Below, one piece after another: positions 25,754 through 38,613 of a stretch of DNA of 64,000 nt. How positions within the stretch are numbered: position 1 is the stretch's first letter; the number at the start of each line of letters is the position of its first letter. The stretch spans positions 106,082,001 to 106,146,000 of the forward strand of contig NC_088797.1 of the NCBI RefSeq assembly GCF_011386835.1, given 5' to 3'. Made by a program: the position numbers and the translations under genes. A model generated the notes under the pieces. It searched no databases. It was not told the DNA's origin and worked only from the letters and a program-made list of their open reading frames with translations. This DNA comes from Chrysemys picta bellii. Lineage: Eukaryota.

Positions 25754-26708
25754 ACTTTGTAGATAATTAAACTTCCTGGAATGGAACCATGAATCTTACA
25801 TTATGTTCTCCAGACAGAATCTACATGAATCTTCACAAAATTTAATAGCCCTCCAAAATGGTGGGAAGCAGTTAGCAGCACCAGAAGTGCCTCCCAACCC
25901 CTTCAACCAGGGTCCCCAAACAGAGACAGAAACAGGGGGGAGTGGAGGAGCACAGGACACAAATCAGGAGAGAGAGTTTGAGCTCAGTGTCTCTGAAGTT
26001 GAGGAGTTTCAAGGAGGGAGTGAATGACCCTGTCAAAGGCAGCATATATAATAGATCAAGAACCATGAGCATGAAGAACTGCTGTGGGAACCTAACCAAG
26101 AGGAGGACTTCAGTGAGCGGAGGTTGTGAGCAGTGGGTTTGGTGGAAAACATAACTACTGATTACATTTATTTGTATAACAGCAAGCAGGATTCAGCTTC
26201 TCTCTTCACTAATCTAAGAGACAGCTGAAACAAGCACCCCAAACCAGTAGATTCAATGTTCGTAAAAAAGGTGGTGGTGTTTTTTTAATTAATATTCTAA
26301 ACATAATGTAGACTGTTACTTTCATTTGAATCACATTTATTCTGAATGCTAGATTAGAGTAGAGAACTTCACAAATTGATTATAAAGTATGTAAATACTA
26401 AAATATGTACATTGATGAGAAGTTACAGACTTTGTTGATGACTTTCAAGCCACTCTTCTATAGTTAGTCCACTAAGAGAGGCCCTGATTCTCTAAGACTT
26501 TTTCAGGAATGGAGCAGCTGATTGTTAGTAGAGTGACCTGAAGGAATTTTAGGTAGAACTATTGGCGTATTCGGGTAAGTATCTCTGCTCAGATTTCCTG
26601 CTGGGTATGGCAAAATCATAGAGATGCTTCTGAACTTCATACTGAATAGATCCCAACAGCACCAACCCATAATGCAGTGGTGTATAAAACAAAATCTGCT
26701 ATGACTTA

Positions 26709-26991
26709 GGGCTGGTCTACACTTAAAACGCTGCAGTGGCACAGCTTTGTTGCCATAATGCTTCAGTGAAGAAGACATTACCTATGCCGATGGGTGAGGT
26801 TTTCCCATTGGTGCCGATAATCTACCTCACTGAGAGGCAGTAGCTAGGTTGATGGCAGAATTCTCCCATTGACCTAGTGGTTGTCTACACAGGGGTTAGA
26901 TGGATATAGCTGCATCTCTCAGGGGTGGGGAAATTTTACACCCCTGAGAGATGTAGCTATATTGAAATAAATTCTTAGTGTAGACCAGGCC
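26709..26991. mobile_element. PIF/Harbinger MITE
   Basis: TIRs GGGCTGGTCTACACT and AGTGTAGACCAGGCC. 3-bp TSD TTA on both sides. Confidence 0.9.
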
Positions 26992-27318
26992 TTACTTCTC
27001 CATGAGCTCAAGGATCTGTTTATGAAAGCTCTTCTGCTTATTCTTTTGGCAGAAAGTTTTTGAGATCCTGCTTCTTGGCATAAGTGCTAAAGCTATGCTT
27101 ATATCAAATAGTCTGAATGTTAGCTGGGAGTTGACTTAAGGAAGAGGCTTTCAATGAATTGCACGTCAAAACTATACGGCCTCTTCACAAATCACAACTA
27201 CATAGTTGTTTATTTCACATTTGTACATAGCCCCGTAAGGGTACATTGTATTATCATCTAACCCATATATTCTTATATTAAATCATATTTATATATACTT
27301 TCTGGCTATACATAATTA

Positions 27319-27343
27319 TGTGTGTGTGTGTGTGTGTGTGTGT
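27319..27343. repeat. (TG)n microsatellite
   Basis: Direct reading. Confidence 0.9.
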
Positions 27344-27397
27344 TTATTTTAAGCGCAAGTCTTTTTCTATGTTGTGTTTGTATCAAATAATGTACAC

Positions 27398-27975
27398 TGT
27401 AGTGGCATGACGTGTGTCAGGCTCTGGTGCCAGGAAGTCAGGCTTGGCGGTTAGAGTGGTGGTCAAAGCCAGACGTAGGATCGGGCCCAGGCTGAAGACA
27501 GCGCTGAAACTGGGCTCCGGGGACAGACCCTGGGTCCAAACCAGAGTCAGTAGACAAGACAAATCAGTATCATAGTTGGAGTCCAGATGCAGGCCAAAGG
27601 TCAAAGTAAGGTGGTCGGAGTCACTAGACAAGCCAAATTAGTATCATTGTCAGACTCGAGATGTAGGCCAACGGTTGAAACCGGGTTGGACTCAGTCCAA
27701 GTGTCTGGAGGTCAGGAGGTGGATATAGGGCTGGAGCAGGTCAGTAACAGGGATGTGAGCAAGGTCAGATTAGAGCATGGACAAGGCTGGAGCACACTGG
27801 AACAAGACTCGGGGCGAGGCTGGGGCAGGAACTAGAACCTGAGGGTCATCTGACCCAGGCCCTGCTCAGGGAGAGGCTGCTGCAGCATGCCTGAGAGCTG
27901 AATCACTCAGTCTGTTGGAGGACTGAGTCAGTGCAGCTGAGTGAGCAGCCCTGGTCTGGCTGCAGGTTTGCCTCA
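27398..27975. mobile_element. Probable solo LTR (Gypsy-like), decayed
   Basis: Starts TGTAGTGG, carries repeated AGTCAG/GGTCAG/GGGCTGGAGCAGG motifs typical of reptile LTRs. No intact CA end or TSD was seen. Confidence 0.45.
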
Positions 27976-28182
27976 AAAAGTGGCATTTCCTTTCCTCTCT
28001 CTTGCGGTCCTGCCCCTCACTCTCTTACTCATCTTGCTTTCTTTCCCCATCTAATACCTTTCCATGCTCTCCTTCCCCTCCTTCTAACTTTCGCTTCCCT
28101 CTCTTTTGCCCCCTTCCCACATCCAGTGCTCCTTCCTCTCTCCTTGCTTCTTCCATCTGTCTGCTTTTAGCTGGGCTGTAAC

Positions 28183-28390
28183 CAGGGCCGGCTCCAGGCA
28201 ACAGCGGAGCAATCATGTGCCGGGGCGGCACATGCTGAGGGGTGGCATTCTGTCCATTCTTGGGGCGGCAGAGTCCAAGCGGCTTTTTTTTTTTTTTTTT
28301 GCGCTTCGGCAGTTCGGGCAGCAGTCCCAGCATTTTTTGTTTGTTTGTTTTTTGTTGCTTGGGGCGGCAAAAATGGTAGAGCCGGTCCTG
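28183..28390. mobile_element. hAT MITE of the CAGGGCCGGCTC family (208 bp)
   Basis: Ends CAGGGCCGGCTCCAGG and GTAGAGCCGGTCCTG. TSD GCTGTAAC/GCGGTAAC (7 of 8). Confidence 0.88.
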
Positions 28391-29720
28391 GCGGTAACTG
28401 GGTTTCCGAAGAAAAGCTGCTGCTGGCTATACCACAATCAGCTGTTTGGCTGTTATGGGGTATAAAGAACAAATCGCTAAGCGCATACCACCTACATACA
28501 GCTGAGCAGAGCAGGATTGACAGCAGCAGCTTCTCTTTTGAAGCCTTGCCATAAGCTAGCAAAAGGAAGGCAGTGGGGGGGGGGGGGGTAGAGGTGAAGA
28601 AACTGGATGGATATGGATTAACAGATTTTACATATACATACCTCACACACATACACACACACAAACACGTGTATAATAGGTTTGCTTGATACACTTAAAC
28701 ATAATGCACTTACCACTGAAAAATAGACACTAACAATAGAAAATCAGCCTTTTAAACTCTCCAAGGCATTCAAAATTTTACAGAAATTATGTAGTCTCTA
28801 GCTGTATCATATGAAGTGAACACCTTTACAATGGAACTACTGTCTCTGGTGGATTACTATTTAATAAACTATTGTTTAAAAAAAGTCTATCATAAAGCAA
28901 AGTATAAGGTCAATAATATATTCCAGGCTATGTATCAGTCAGCCAAAATATGCACAAATTGACTATGTAAAGGAAATGTATCCTTTGCCCTTGTTTACCT
29001 AGCAATGCATGACCTCCTATAATCATGAGCCAGCGTGCTTGGCCTACTGACGGCAGTTTAAATCACTAAGATCTCCTGGGCGAAAGGATATTATGAAAAT
29101 AGCAACTCTCATAGCCAAATACTAACACAGACCCTTTTGCTAGCCTGAAAAAATGAAGGTGAGATCCCACCTCATTTAGAGTCTAACCACTAACAGCTAA
29201 TATTTTCAAAATTGTGTAAAATGAATTCATGTTCCTCTCCTAATATTTCCCCTTCATACAGATTCCCAAACTAAGGTGCAGAGAAGAGACTTGATAGAAC
29301 CTATTTTACACATCTGTTTAGTAGAAAGCATGAACAACATTTGAGGTCTAACATTATCTGGAACTAAAATTTCATTTTCAAATCCTCTTCCACGGTCACA
29401 GGCTCTGGCAGGTGTATATGTCTGTTGCATAAACACTAGGGCAATTTATATCTACCATCTATGCTTGAAAGCATCTTTGTGAGTCAGATCACTCCACTCT
29501 AGAACAGGAAAACATTCATGTTACAAATCCAAGATGTAAGAAGACTGACTAGTTCCTAAAGAAATGTCAATTGGTTCTGATGCCTTTTATGTATTTACTA
29601 TTGCAGTAGTTTGAGACATACTGTGGAAGAGGCAAAACAAGTTCCAGAGCGATTCAGTCAGCATCCTAAACCATGGATTGAGTGGAGTAATATGCAAAGA
29701 TGAGACTGAATGGCAATAAT

Positions 29721-30110
29721 TAGGGCCCTACCAAATTCACAGTCCATTTTGGTCAATTTCATGGTCATAAGATTTTAAAAATAGTAAATGTCATGATTTC
29801 AGCAATTTAAACCTGAAATTACATGGTGTTGTAATTGTAGGCGTCCTGACCCAAAAAGGAGTTGTGGGGAGGGGGCTCGCAAGTTTATTGTAGGGAGTTT
29901 TGCAGTAATGCTACTCTTACTTCTGCACTGCTGCTGGTGGCGGCGCTGCCTTCAGGGCTGTGCAGCTGGAGAGTAGCAGCTGCTGGCTGGGAGCCCAGCT
30001 AGGAAGGCAGAATCGACGCCAGCAGCAGCACAGAAGTAAGGATGGCACAGTATGGGTATTGCCACCCTTACTTCTGTGCTGCTGCTGGCAGGGCGCAACC
30101 TTCAGAACTG
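29721..30110. mobile_element. Truncated hAT element (TAGGGCCCTACCAAATTCAC end)
   Basis: One recognisable terminus and internal CTTACTTCTGC/GTGCTGCTGCTGG repeats. The second end is missing. Confidence 0.6.
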
Positions 30111-30769
30111 TAGCAATAATGGACGATGTAAACTAATTATATGATGACCTCCATGAACAAGCGAAGAGTGATAACCTCAAAGTGAAAGAATTTTGAACCA
30201 CACTGAAGTAGTGTTGACTAATCTCAAACTGATAAGGAGAGAGAGAAGCTTGTACCAGAGAGTTAATTTTATGAATTTTGGGTGATGATGCATTAGCCAT
30301 TTTTACAAAGAGCAGATAACTCAAAATATCACATAGCAAATTTGGCATCACTAGTTATTCCTAAATCAGAATAGTATAGTTTGTTATGGTCAAATCCTTA
30401 GTGCCTACAAAGCAGTCCTAAGCCAATGTACGGCCTCTTCTCAACACCCTGAATAGCGTCAATGAACAAAAAATAGTTTCTGTACAAAGAGCAAAATCCA
30501 AAATGTCATCTATTAAAAAAAACCCTTACTATAACAATACATATTCAGTATAAAACAAAACAAGTTTAACCTTTTTTTAAAGAAGCAATAAAAAACTGTA
30601 ATATAGATCTCATGGCATAGTAAGAGTAACAGTTCTTAAATTATTGTCAGATTTACAGATTATGGTGAAGAAGTAAAATGAAACCATGGTCTAAAATCAA
30701 CAAGATGAAATCCAATAAAGGTGGTCAGTGCAAAGTACTTCACTTAGGAAGGAAAAATCAAATGTACAG

Positions 30770-32205
30770 CTATGTGGAATGTGGAATAACTGGCTAGGTG
30801 GTAGTACTGCTGAAAAAAGATCTGGGAGCTTATAGTGGATCACAAAATGAATCCAAGTGAATCCAATCAACAATGTGCTGCAGTTGCAAAGCAGGCTAAT
30901 ATTCTGGGTTGTATTAACAGGAGTGTCATATGTAAGACATGAGGAATAATAGTCTTCCTCTCTTCGGCACTGGTGAAACTACAGCTGGAGTACTGCGTGC
31001 CACACTTTAGGAAATATGTGGACAAACTGGAGAGAGTCCATAGGAGAGCAACAAAAATGAAAAAAGGTTAAGACATGACCTGACATGAGGAAAGATTAAA
31101 AAAACTGGATATGTTTAGTCTTGAGAAAAGAAGACTAAATGGGGTCCTGATAACAGTCTTCAAATACATTTAGGGCTATTATAAAGAGTATAGAGATCAA
31201 TTGTTCTCTGTCTCCACTGAAGAAGCAAGATATTAGTAAAAACTTTGTAACTATTAGAGTAGGTAAACTCTAGAATAGGGCTCCAAGGGAGGTTGTGGAA
31301 TCCCCATCATTGGAGGTTTTTAAGACTGGATTAGACCAGAGGTGGGCAAACTACGGCCCGCGGGACCCTCCTGTCTGGCCCCTGAGCTCCTGGCCCGTGA
31401 GGCTAGCCCCGGGCCCCTCCCCTGCTGTTCCCCCTCTCCTGCAGCCTCAGCTCACCGCACCACTGGTGCAATGCTCTGCGCAGCTTCAGAGCCGTGGCCT
31501 GACCCGGTGCTGTGCTGCACGGTGGCGTGGCTGGCTCCAGCTGGGCGGCACGGGTGCCTGTCCTGGTGCTTTGGGCAGCGTGGCTGTACCGCCACCAGCC
31601 ACCGGTGCTCAAGGCAGCGCGGTAAGGGAGCAGAGGGGTTGGATAGAGGGCAGGGGAGTTCAGGGTGGTGATCAGGTGGCGGGGGTGTGGATAGGGGGCG
31701 GGGAAGTCAGAGGGCGGGGAACAGGGGGGTTGAATGGAGGCAGGGGTCCCGGGGGGACAGTCAGGAAGGAGAGGGGGATTGGATGGGATGGTGGGGGGCA
31801 GTCAGGGGCGGGGGGTCTGGGGGTGATCAGGGGACAGGGAGCAGGGGGTGGTGGATGGGGCAGGAGTCCCAGGGGGGCCATCAGGGGACAGGGAATGGGG
31901 GCGGGGGTTGGATGGGGCAGGAGTCCTGGGGGAGCGTGAGGGGGCAAGAAGCGGGGGGGGGGTGTCAGATAGGGGGCGGGGGCCAGGCCACGCCTGGCTG
32001 TTTGGGGAGGCACAGCCTCCCCTAACCAGCCCTCCATACAATTTTGGAAACATGATGTGGCCCTCAGGCCAAAAAGTTTGCCCGCCCTGGATTAGACAAA
32101 CACCTGTCAGGGAGGGTCTAGGTTTATTTTGTCCTGCCTCAGAACAGTGGGTGGACTTGATTTCTCAAGGTCGCTTCCAGCCCTACATTTCTATGATTCT
32201 ATGAT
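30770..32205 (+). mobile_element. CR1 LINE 3' fragment split by a hAT MITE
   Basis: RT C-terminal sequence (GAAAAAAGATCTGGG, ACTGGAGAGAGTCC, GAATCCCCATCATTGGAGGTTTTTAAG) resumes after 32097 and ends in TTCTATGATTCTATGAT. Confidence 0.9.
31337..32089. mobile_element. hAT-Charlie MITE (753 bp) nested in CR1, with a G-rich interior
   Basis: Ends CAGAGGTGGGCAAACT and AGTTTGCCCGCCCTG. Perfect TSD GATTAGAC (31329-31336, 32090-32097). Confidence 0.93.
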
Positions 32206-33047
32206 GTGAAAATCTCACTTATGCTGAAGGAGAAAGTGACACGATATAGTATATGGCCAAATATCTTTGGGGAGTTCTTCCTAATAAAAAGTAAAAATTC
32301 ATAGAGCTGTGAATATACTTCATTGATGCCCCGCAAATGATTGGGAAGTGTGAATCCATAGATAGTTCTTATCTTTTGAAAATGCACACATTCTACATCA
32401 ATTTAATCTTTGTTCCAGTTACATTCCTGTTTTGGGCTTAGGGTTACTGACTTGTACATACGCTCTACCTATGTTCGGTCACCAGAAAAATCAACTCTAT
32501 AAACCAGATTTTCAGGAAGCAGGTGAAAGTGCTAGTATCACCCATTGCTAAATACCACCCTATTTTGTATTGCCCAGATGATATGAGAAATCAAATAGTG
32601 AGCACAGTCCAATTTACAACAGGATGACTGGTTGATGCCATATTCAGATAAGTCTGTCATGATTCTATGTAGTTTTTACTTCTTTGTCATTCAAATGAGA
32701 TGACCACAAATCTCTAAAAATATTGGTGTATATGAAATATCCCAAGAGGGGAGAAAAAACAGTTATCACAGTATCTATGGTTCTTTGGCAGTGTTACCAC
32801 TCCATGTTCACATTTGGAGGTATGCCCCAGCTCTGAGGAGCTTCCAGTACATTCTAGAAAGTCATGCTCACTAGGGCTGCACAAACACCCGCTCATGACA
32901 CTCAAAGTTCAAAGTTGACATTATAAAAGGGCCATGCAGCCCAAACCATGTCAGCTCATTACAGTAAGCAGAGTTCAGGAGCACTCCTCTGAAGGACATC
33001 CTTTGGGCAGGTCTAAAAATGGATCTTGCCTTTCCTAGCTCATCTTT

Positions 33048-33422
33048 TCATAGATTTTAAGGGCAGAAGGGACCACTATGATCATCTAACTCTGACTTTT
33101 TGCATAACACAGGCCATAAAGTGTCATTCAACATCAAGTTGGATTGAGGTAGAATATGTATTTTAGAAAGATATCTGATTTTAATTTACAGACTTCAAAT
33201 GATGGAGCCTCAATCATAGCCTGAGGTAAGCTGTTCTAATGATAAATCACCCTCACTTAAAAAGTTGTACATTATTTCTTGTCTGAATGCGTCTAGCTTT
33301 AACTTCCAGCTTCAGAACTTCATTATGCCTATGTGTGTTGGATTAAAGAGCCGTGTACTATCAGAAATTATTTCTGTATGTAGAAGCTTATGGACTGTGA
33401 TGAAGTCACCTCTTCATCTTTT
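33048..33422 (-). mobile_element. CR1 LINE 3' fragment, minus strand
   Basis: TCATAGATTTTAAGGGCAGAAGGGACCACTATGATCATCT is the reverse-complemented CR1 3' end, followed by decayed ORF2 sequence. Confidence 0.75.
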
Positions 33423-35010
33423 GTGACCCCCAAACTCTAAGGGGTGAGCGCAAAAGCCTTGGCAGAAAGGCTGACAAAACCTTGGGTTAAAGAGCCTCAG
33501 GGCAGGACTCTATAAGCCTTCGTCAGAGGGGTACACGCTATATATCTATATATCTATAGGCTCCAGTAGTTGCACTGAAGGTTCTATACTAACCAAAGAG
33601 GAAGGAAAAGAACCAGGAGTTCTACGAATCTGAAACATGGGAAAGGCAAAAGAGCACTCAACACTGATGATGCCATGATAGGGGATTCTCTTTATATGAA
33701 ATCTAAGCCTTGATTTCAATATTCATTATTGTATGATGTATCTTAAAATTACAAGGTATTTTAAAAGAATAAATGATATTTCAGAGTTAGATGTCAAGAG
33801 GTATTTAAGAGTCCGTTCTGAACATAACCAATACAAATACTATTTTTAATAAGAGTAACTTAACTTTTCCCTCTTACTAACAAGCAACATGAATGTTTTC
33901 CTTCGAACAGAAAGCTACACAATTTAAATAATACTACTAGCTATGTCAAAAAGGAAAAGTACTGATTTATTATTACACTCCGAGTTACATACTGTAATTT
34001 CATGTTAGTAATTTGAACTGATAACTCTATTAGGTACTGTGCACATTAAAAAACTAATCAGTTTATTCATTGTCATTACCATGCCATTAATTTGCTATTT
34101 TTTCTTTTCACCAGAGAATTACGATCCATTACCATTACACATCCAATTGTATAATTTATGTTCTAATGTTAATTTAACATATAATTATTTACCATTAACC
34201 TATTACACATTTAACATTTGTTACTATATTATCATATATATTACTCCCATATAGCATAAATTATCATTTACAGAACAACCATATCACAACATTTCTTAAG
34301 AAGTAACGTTTTTAGTTCAAGGCAAAAAATGCGTGTCAAAACTGATGACAGAAACATTTGTATTAGAATGTTTGCTAGTTTATAAGAAATTTTGGAAAGC
34401 TATAAATGTGGAAGAAAAACTGTCTATATAAAGTCGACTCATAATACAGAGATGAAGCTCTCTTCCAAATAATGATCTAAGATAAAAAATGTAGAACAGA
34501 GAATAATTTCTGATATAAAATCCAAGATCATATTCAATAGGAACTACGTATGATGTCAAGACACAAGAGAGAAAAAGGAAAAAGAAGGGGATTGTTAGTA
34601 AATAACAGAGCATTGGTAAAAGCAGACAACTCACTAATTCTTCTAACTAGTAATTACAATTTGATTATTTAACAAACTTCAAAACAATAAATGCTCTTTT
34701 TTTCCAAAAGGAGATCAAACTGGTCTACTAAACTGATGTTCAGACCTGCCGAGGAAGTGAAAAAAATAAAACAACAATGGGCGAATATTCATATCAAACT
34801 TTGACAAACCCTCATTAATGCACTAGAATAATCAAAGGGATGTAATACTTGTTCCTCTGATTCAAGATATCTGCTTTTTGTTGCTCCGAACTGCAATTTG
34901 GAGAACCTGTTGGATCCTAGATTGTTGCCTGGTGTCCTGTAGCAGCAGTAGACTAGAATGTTTTCCTATAATTGTTTGGCTAAAAGGCTGTGATTTTCTA
35001 TTTTCTTTCA

Positions 35011-35190
35011 GAGGTGGAATTTGGATTATTGTAACACACTTTATTTGGGGCTAAATCTGAAGGCCACCCAGAAACGCTAGATAGCATAGAACAAGACTGC
35101 CCTGATAACCCAACAAAGCTCCTCACAGGAAGTGTTATGTTTTTGGATGTAACTGATGGTGTTGATCTTGATTTAGAAAGCACTTTGTGT
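35011..35190 (+). mobile_element. L2-like LINE RT C-terminal fragment
   Basis: Translates NLDYCNTLYLGLNLKATQK...LLTG, resembling the L2 motif RLDYCNxLxxGLPxxxxxKLQxxQNxAARLLTG. Confidence 0.55.
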
Positions 35191-35208
35191 TTATAGGTGG
35201 ATCCTGAG

Positions 35209-36038
35209 CAGGGCCGGCTCTAGGCACCAGCAAACCAAGCACTTTTGTTTGTTTGTTTGTTTTGTTGCTTCAGGCAGCAAAAGCCTAGAGCCGGCCCTGG
35301 CAGCAGCAGCGCGTCATGGGCGGGGGCGCCCTGGGGCCGCTGCGGTTCGCACCGCGGGGAGCAGCGCCCGCACCTTGTGGCTGGGCCGGGCAGCGTCCGA
35401 GCAGGGGCCACTCGGGCTGGGAGCCGCCCCGCGGAGCACAGGTTGCCACCTGCAGATGTCGCAGGGTGGATGCCCCCCAGAGCCGCAGCCGGGGCTGAGC
35501 GAAGCGGCCCGAGCCGCCCAGGGACTGCAGCAGGGTGGCCAGAAGCAGAAGCAGCACCCGGGCCATAGAGGGTGGGGCATTGCTGTGTGGGGCCCGGGGC
35601 CCGCATCCCACTCCCCGGGGCTCCACTCCCTCTGGAGCTACCCTGCCCCGGCTCCGCAGTCCCCTGCCTGGGCAGTCCCCCGGCTCTGCCCTCCCGGGTC
35701 CCAGTCGGTCCTGGAGGTGGGAGCCCTGGCTGGAGGGACCCTGGGCTTAGGCGCGGCCCGGGAGCCCCGCTGCTTACCCCGACCCTGCCAGCACTGGACC
35801 AGCTGGAGACGACGGGGGAGTGGGCAGAATCAGCACTGGTGGGGAGAGCCCAGGGCTGGGGCGGCAGGGGGTGCGGATGGGGTGGGGTGGGGGGAGGGAG
35901 AGCTCAGCGCTGGGACGGCAGGGCATGTGGGTGGGGGAGGGCACTGGTGGGGGGGGGGGGGTGAGAGTCCAGGACTCAGGTGGGGGGCAGCCAAAATTTT
36001 TTTTGCTTGGGGCGGCAAAAAACCTAGAGCCGGCCCTG
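35209..36038. mobile_element. GC-rich hAT MITE (830 bp) with a third, internal terminus
   Basis: TIRs CAGGGCCGGCTCTAGG and CCTAGAGCCGGCCCTG. Perfect TSD ATCCTGAG (35201-35208, 36039-36046). An extra CCTAGAGCCGGCCCTG ends at 35299. Confidence 0.93.
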
Positions 36039-36112
36039 ATCCTGAGCTAACTGTAACTATGCATCATAGGTAAAACTGGCAGGCACTTAAGAGCTACCAT
36101 TGTATAAATTAG

Positions 36113-38331
36113 ATAAAGAGAGGTTACTTACCTGTACAGGAACTGGAATTCACTGAAATATTTTGTCCCTATGTGTGCTCCACCTCCGGGATGCGCACAT
36201 GCCCATGCACTCTTGATGGGAGATTTTTAGTTAGTAGTGTTTGCAGGTCTGTGCCTGCACTCTACATATTCCCATACTCTAGTGTGAGGATATATAGGAA
36301 GCTGGCCGAAGAACAAGGTATTGAGGGAAAAATGACAGAGGAAACAACTCTCCATAGGTTCAAATAGGGTTTCCGTAGAGCACTGAGAACTAAGTTGAAG
36401 TCCACAGTGGAGCTGGCTCTTGGGCAGGAGGGAAGAGATTGAACCCTTGATAAATTTTGCAGTAGTGGGGTGGGTGAAGACCGAGAATCCTTTGTTTAGG
36501 AACCCAAATTATTTAGGAACTTGAGTAATAGAGGCATTGGGGGTAAGCATATAGCAGGACACGAGGCCAAGGAGTGACTAGGGCATCTCAAGTCGAGTAG
36601 TGGCTGCACCCTCCCTTGAACAGAAATGTTTGCAGTTTGCATTGGATGGCATTGTGATGAGATCTATGTTCCAATGACCCAAGTAAGACATATCTTCCAG
36701 AATACCTCATTGTTCAGTTCCCATTCATCATCGATCCTGAAATTTCTGTTGAGGGAGTTCACCAGTGTTCTCTAGACCTGGCAGACAAACCACGGAAATG
36801 TGTATACGGAGTGATATACACCTGTTCCATAGTTTTATGGATTCAACACATAAGGACTGGGAACTTGCTCCTTCTTGTCAATTGATATAATAAATTGCTG
36901 TCTTGTTGTCCAGCATTTATTCTGATTGGATGATCCTTGATATGGGTTGGGAAGTGTTGGCAAGAATACGGAACTGCTCTGAGCTCCATTATGTTGATAT
37001 GGAGGGTCATCACAAGAAAGGTCCATTCTCCATTCACCCTGAGCTGTGACGTTTTGGGAGTGTGAGCCTAACCTATCAGGGAAGTGTCTGTGGTGATAAT
37101 CCTCGTGGGAGGAGGCTGTAGGAACAGAACTTCCATGCACAACTTTTATGGGTCCTTCCACCAATGTAGAGAATTGAGGACATTGGATAGACTGTGTTGT
37201 TGGGGGTGTAGATAGTTCTCAACCAGGCCGGAAGACACCGAGAATGTAGTCTTGCTAAGGAAGTCATGAATGTAGAGGCTACCATATGGCCCAGAAGTTG
37301 TAGGCAACCTGTGGTTTGTGGGCTCTGCTGAATTGTTGAAACAAGATTGGACATTGTGGTGAATCTGTCCTTGGGTAGATATGCTCTATCAGAAGAAGAG
37401 TCCAGAGTGGCTCTGATTAACTCTATATGTTGAATGGGCGTGAGGGTAGACTTTTCCACATTGAGGTGGAGGTCCAGTAAGTGAAATGGAGACAGGCCTT
37501 GTCTGTGAGCAACCTTTCAGGAGCCAATCATCCAGTTAGGGGAAGACAATTATGCCCATTTGTTGAAGATAGGCTGCTGAGGCTGACAGAACTTTAGTGA
37601 ACACCTTGGGGCAGTGTAAAAGCCAAAGGTTAAGACAGGATACTAGTAGTGGTCCCTGCCTACCCCAAAACTTAGGAATTTGCAAGGGATGAATGGTGAC
37701 ATGAAAATAGGCATCCTAAGGTTGAGGGACACAAACCAATCTTTGGACTCCAGGGGGGAATAATCATTTGGTGGGGATGCGAGTCTCTCCCAGACAGCGG
37801 AGGCATCTTGAATGTTCATCACTGCAGGGAAAAGACCTGTGGCAGATCTGACAGGGTTTGAAGCCCAGGGTCTTGGGCATAACCCACACTCACGGCCATG
37901 GATCGAGGCCCAAGAAAACACAAAAGCCCCAGTTGACCAAACAAGGGAAAGCGGGAAACCTGCCTCTCCAAAAGCAACAACTGTGCTAAATAACAAGAAA
38001 AAACAAAAAACATAGCTCTTTTATCCTTAAAGTGCGACTCACGGAGCCCCCCAGTCTCCTCCTTTCTCCACCTATTAGACTGGGGGTGGCTGGATGGGTG
38101 GGCTGAAGCCCCAAATCCCGGCCCCCGGCAGGTGTGCCCTGGCTCTCGTACTTCTGAAGATTGGTGTATGCAGCTTGGAGGGCCAGTAAGTATGGCCACC
38201 CCTGCTATGTACCCTCCTATCACAGCATGACGGTGCCTAGACACTGCTGACGAACATCTCCAATCAAGTGGGCACAGGTGAGCACACATCCTGAAAATGG
38301 ATCACTCAGAGGGAAAATGCTCAAAGAGGAA
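36113..38331 (-). mobile_element. DIRS-type retrotransposon, multiply deleted (ORF1 N-terminus, part of RT/RNaseH/MT, part of YR)
   Basis: ORF1 start MPKTLGFKPCQIC...SDEHSRCLRCLGE (ATG at 37880). RT motifs DWFVSLNL..DAYFHVTIHP, TAPRVFTKVL, VFP*LDDWLLKG (about 37527-37538) and EKSTLTPIQHIELI. RNaseH motif LHINIMELRAV. YR motif GFSVFTHPTTAKFIKG. Terminal motif GGTTACTTACCTGTACAG at about 36122-36139. Confidence 0.9.
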
Positions 38332-38613
38332 TCAGACACATGTAACTATAGAGTAGCATGTTGTTATGCTGAGCTATTTCTTTGACTCTCTCTTTTTTCT
38401 TCTTTTCAAAAATAAATATTTAAAACACACTAAAATGACTTATATTGCAGCAGGGATGAGTGAATTGTTATATCAAGAAAAGCACCAATATTGTTCCTGT
38501 CAAGCTACAATAAAACTTCAGGCAAGAATATTAAATTACACAATGTTGAGGTTGCCACAAATCAGGAAACCTGTTTTTTCTTTTTTGTATCTAACTCACT
38601 ACAGTGAATAAAG

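Noticed and set aside
28433-28491. Possible extra minus-strand exon (AG/GTGGTATGCG...GTG/GTATAG)
   Set aside because: Weak donor, poor pyrimidine tract, 59 nt and no DOCK1-like peptide.
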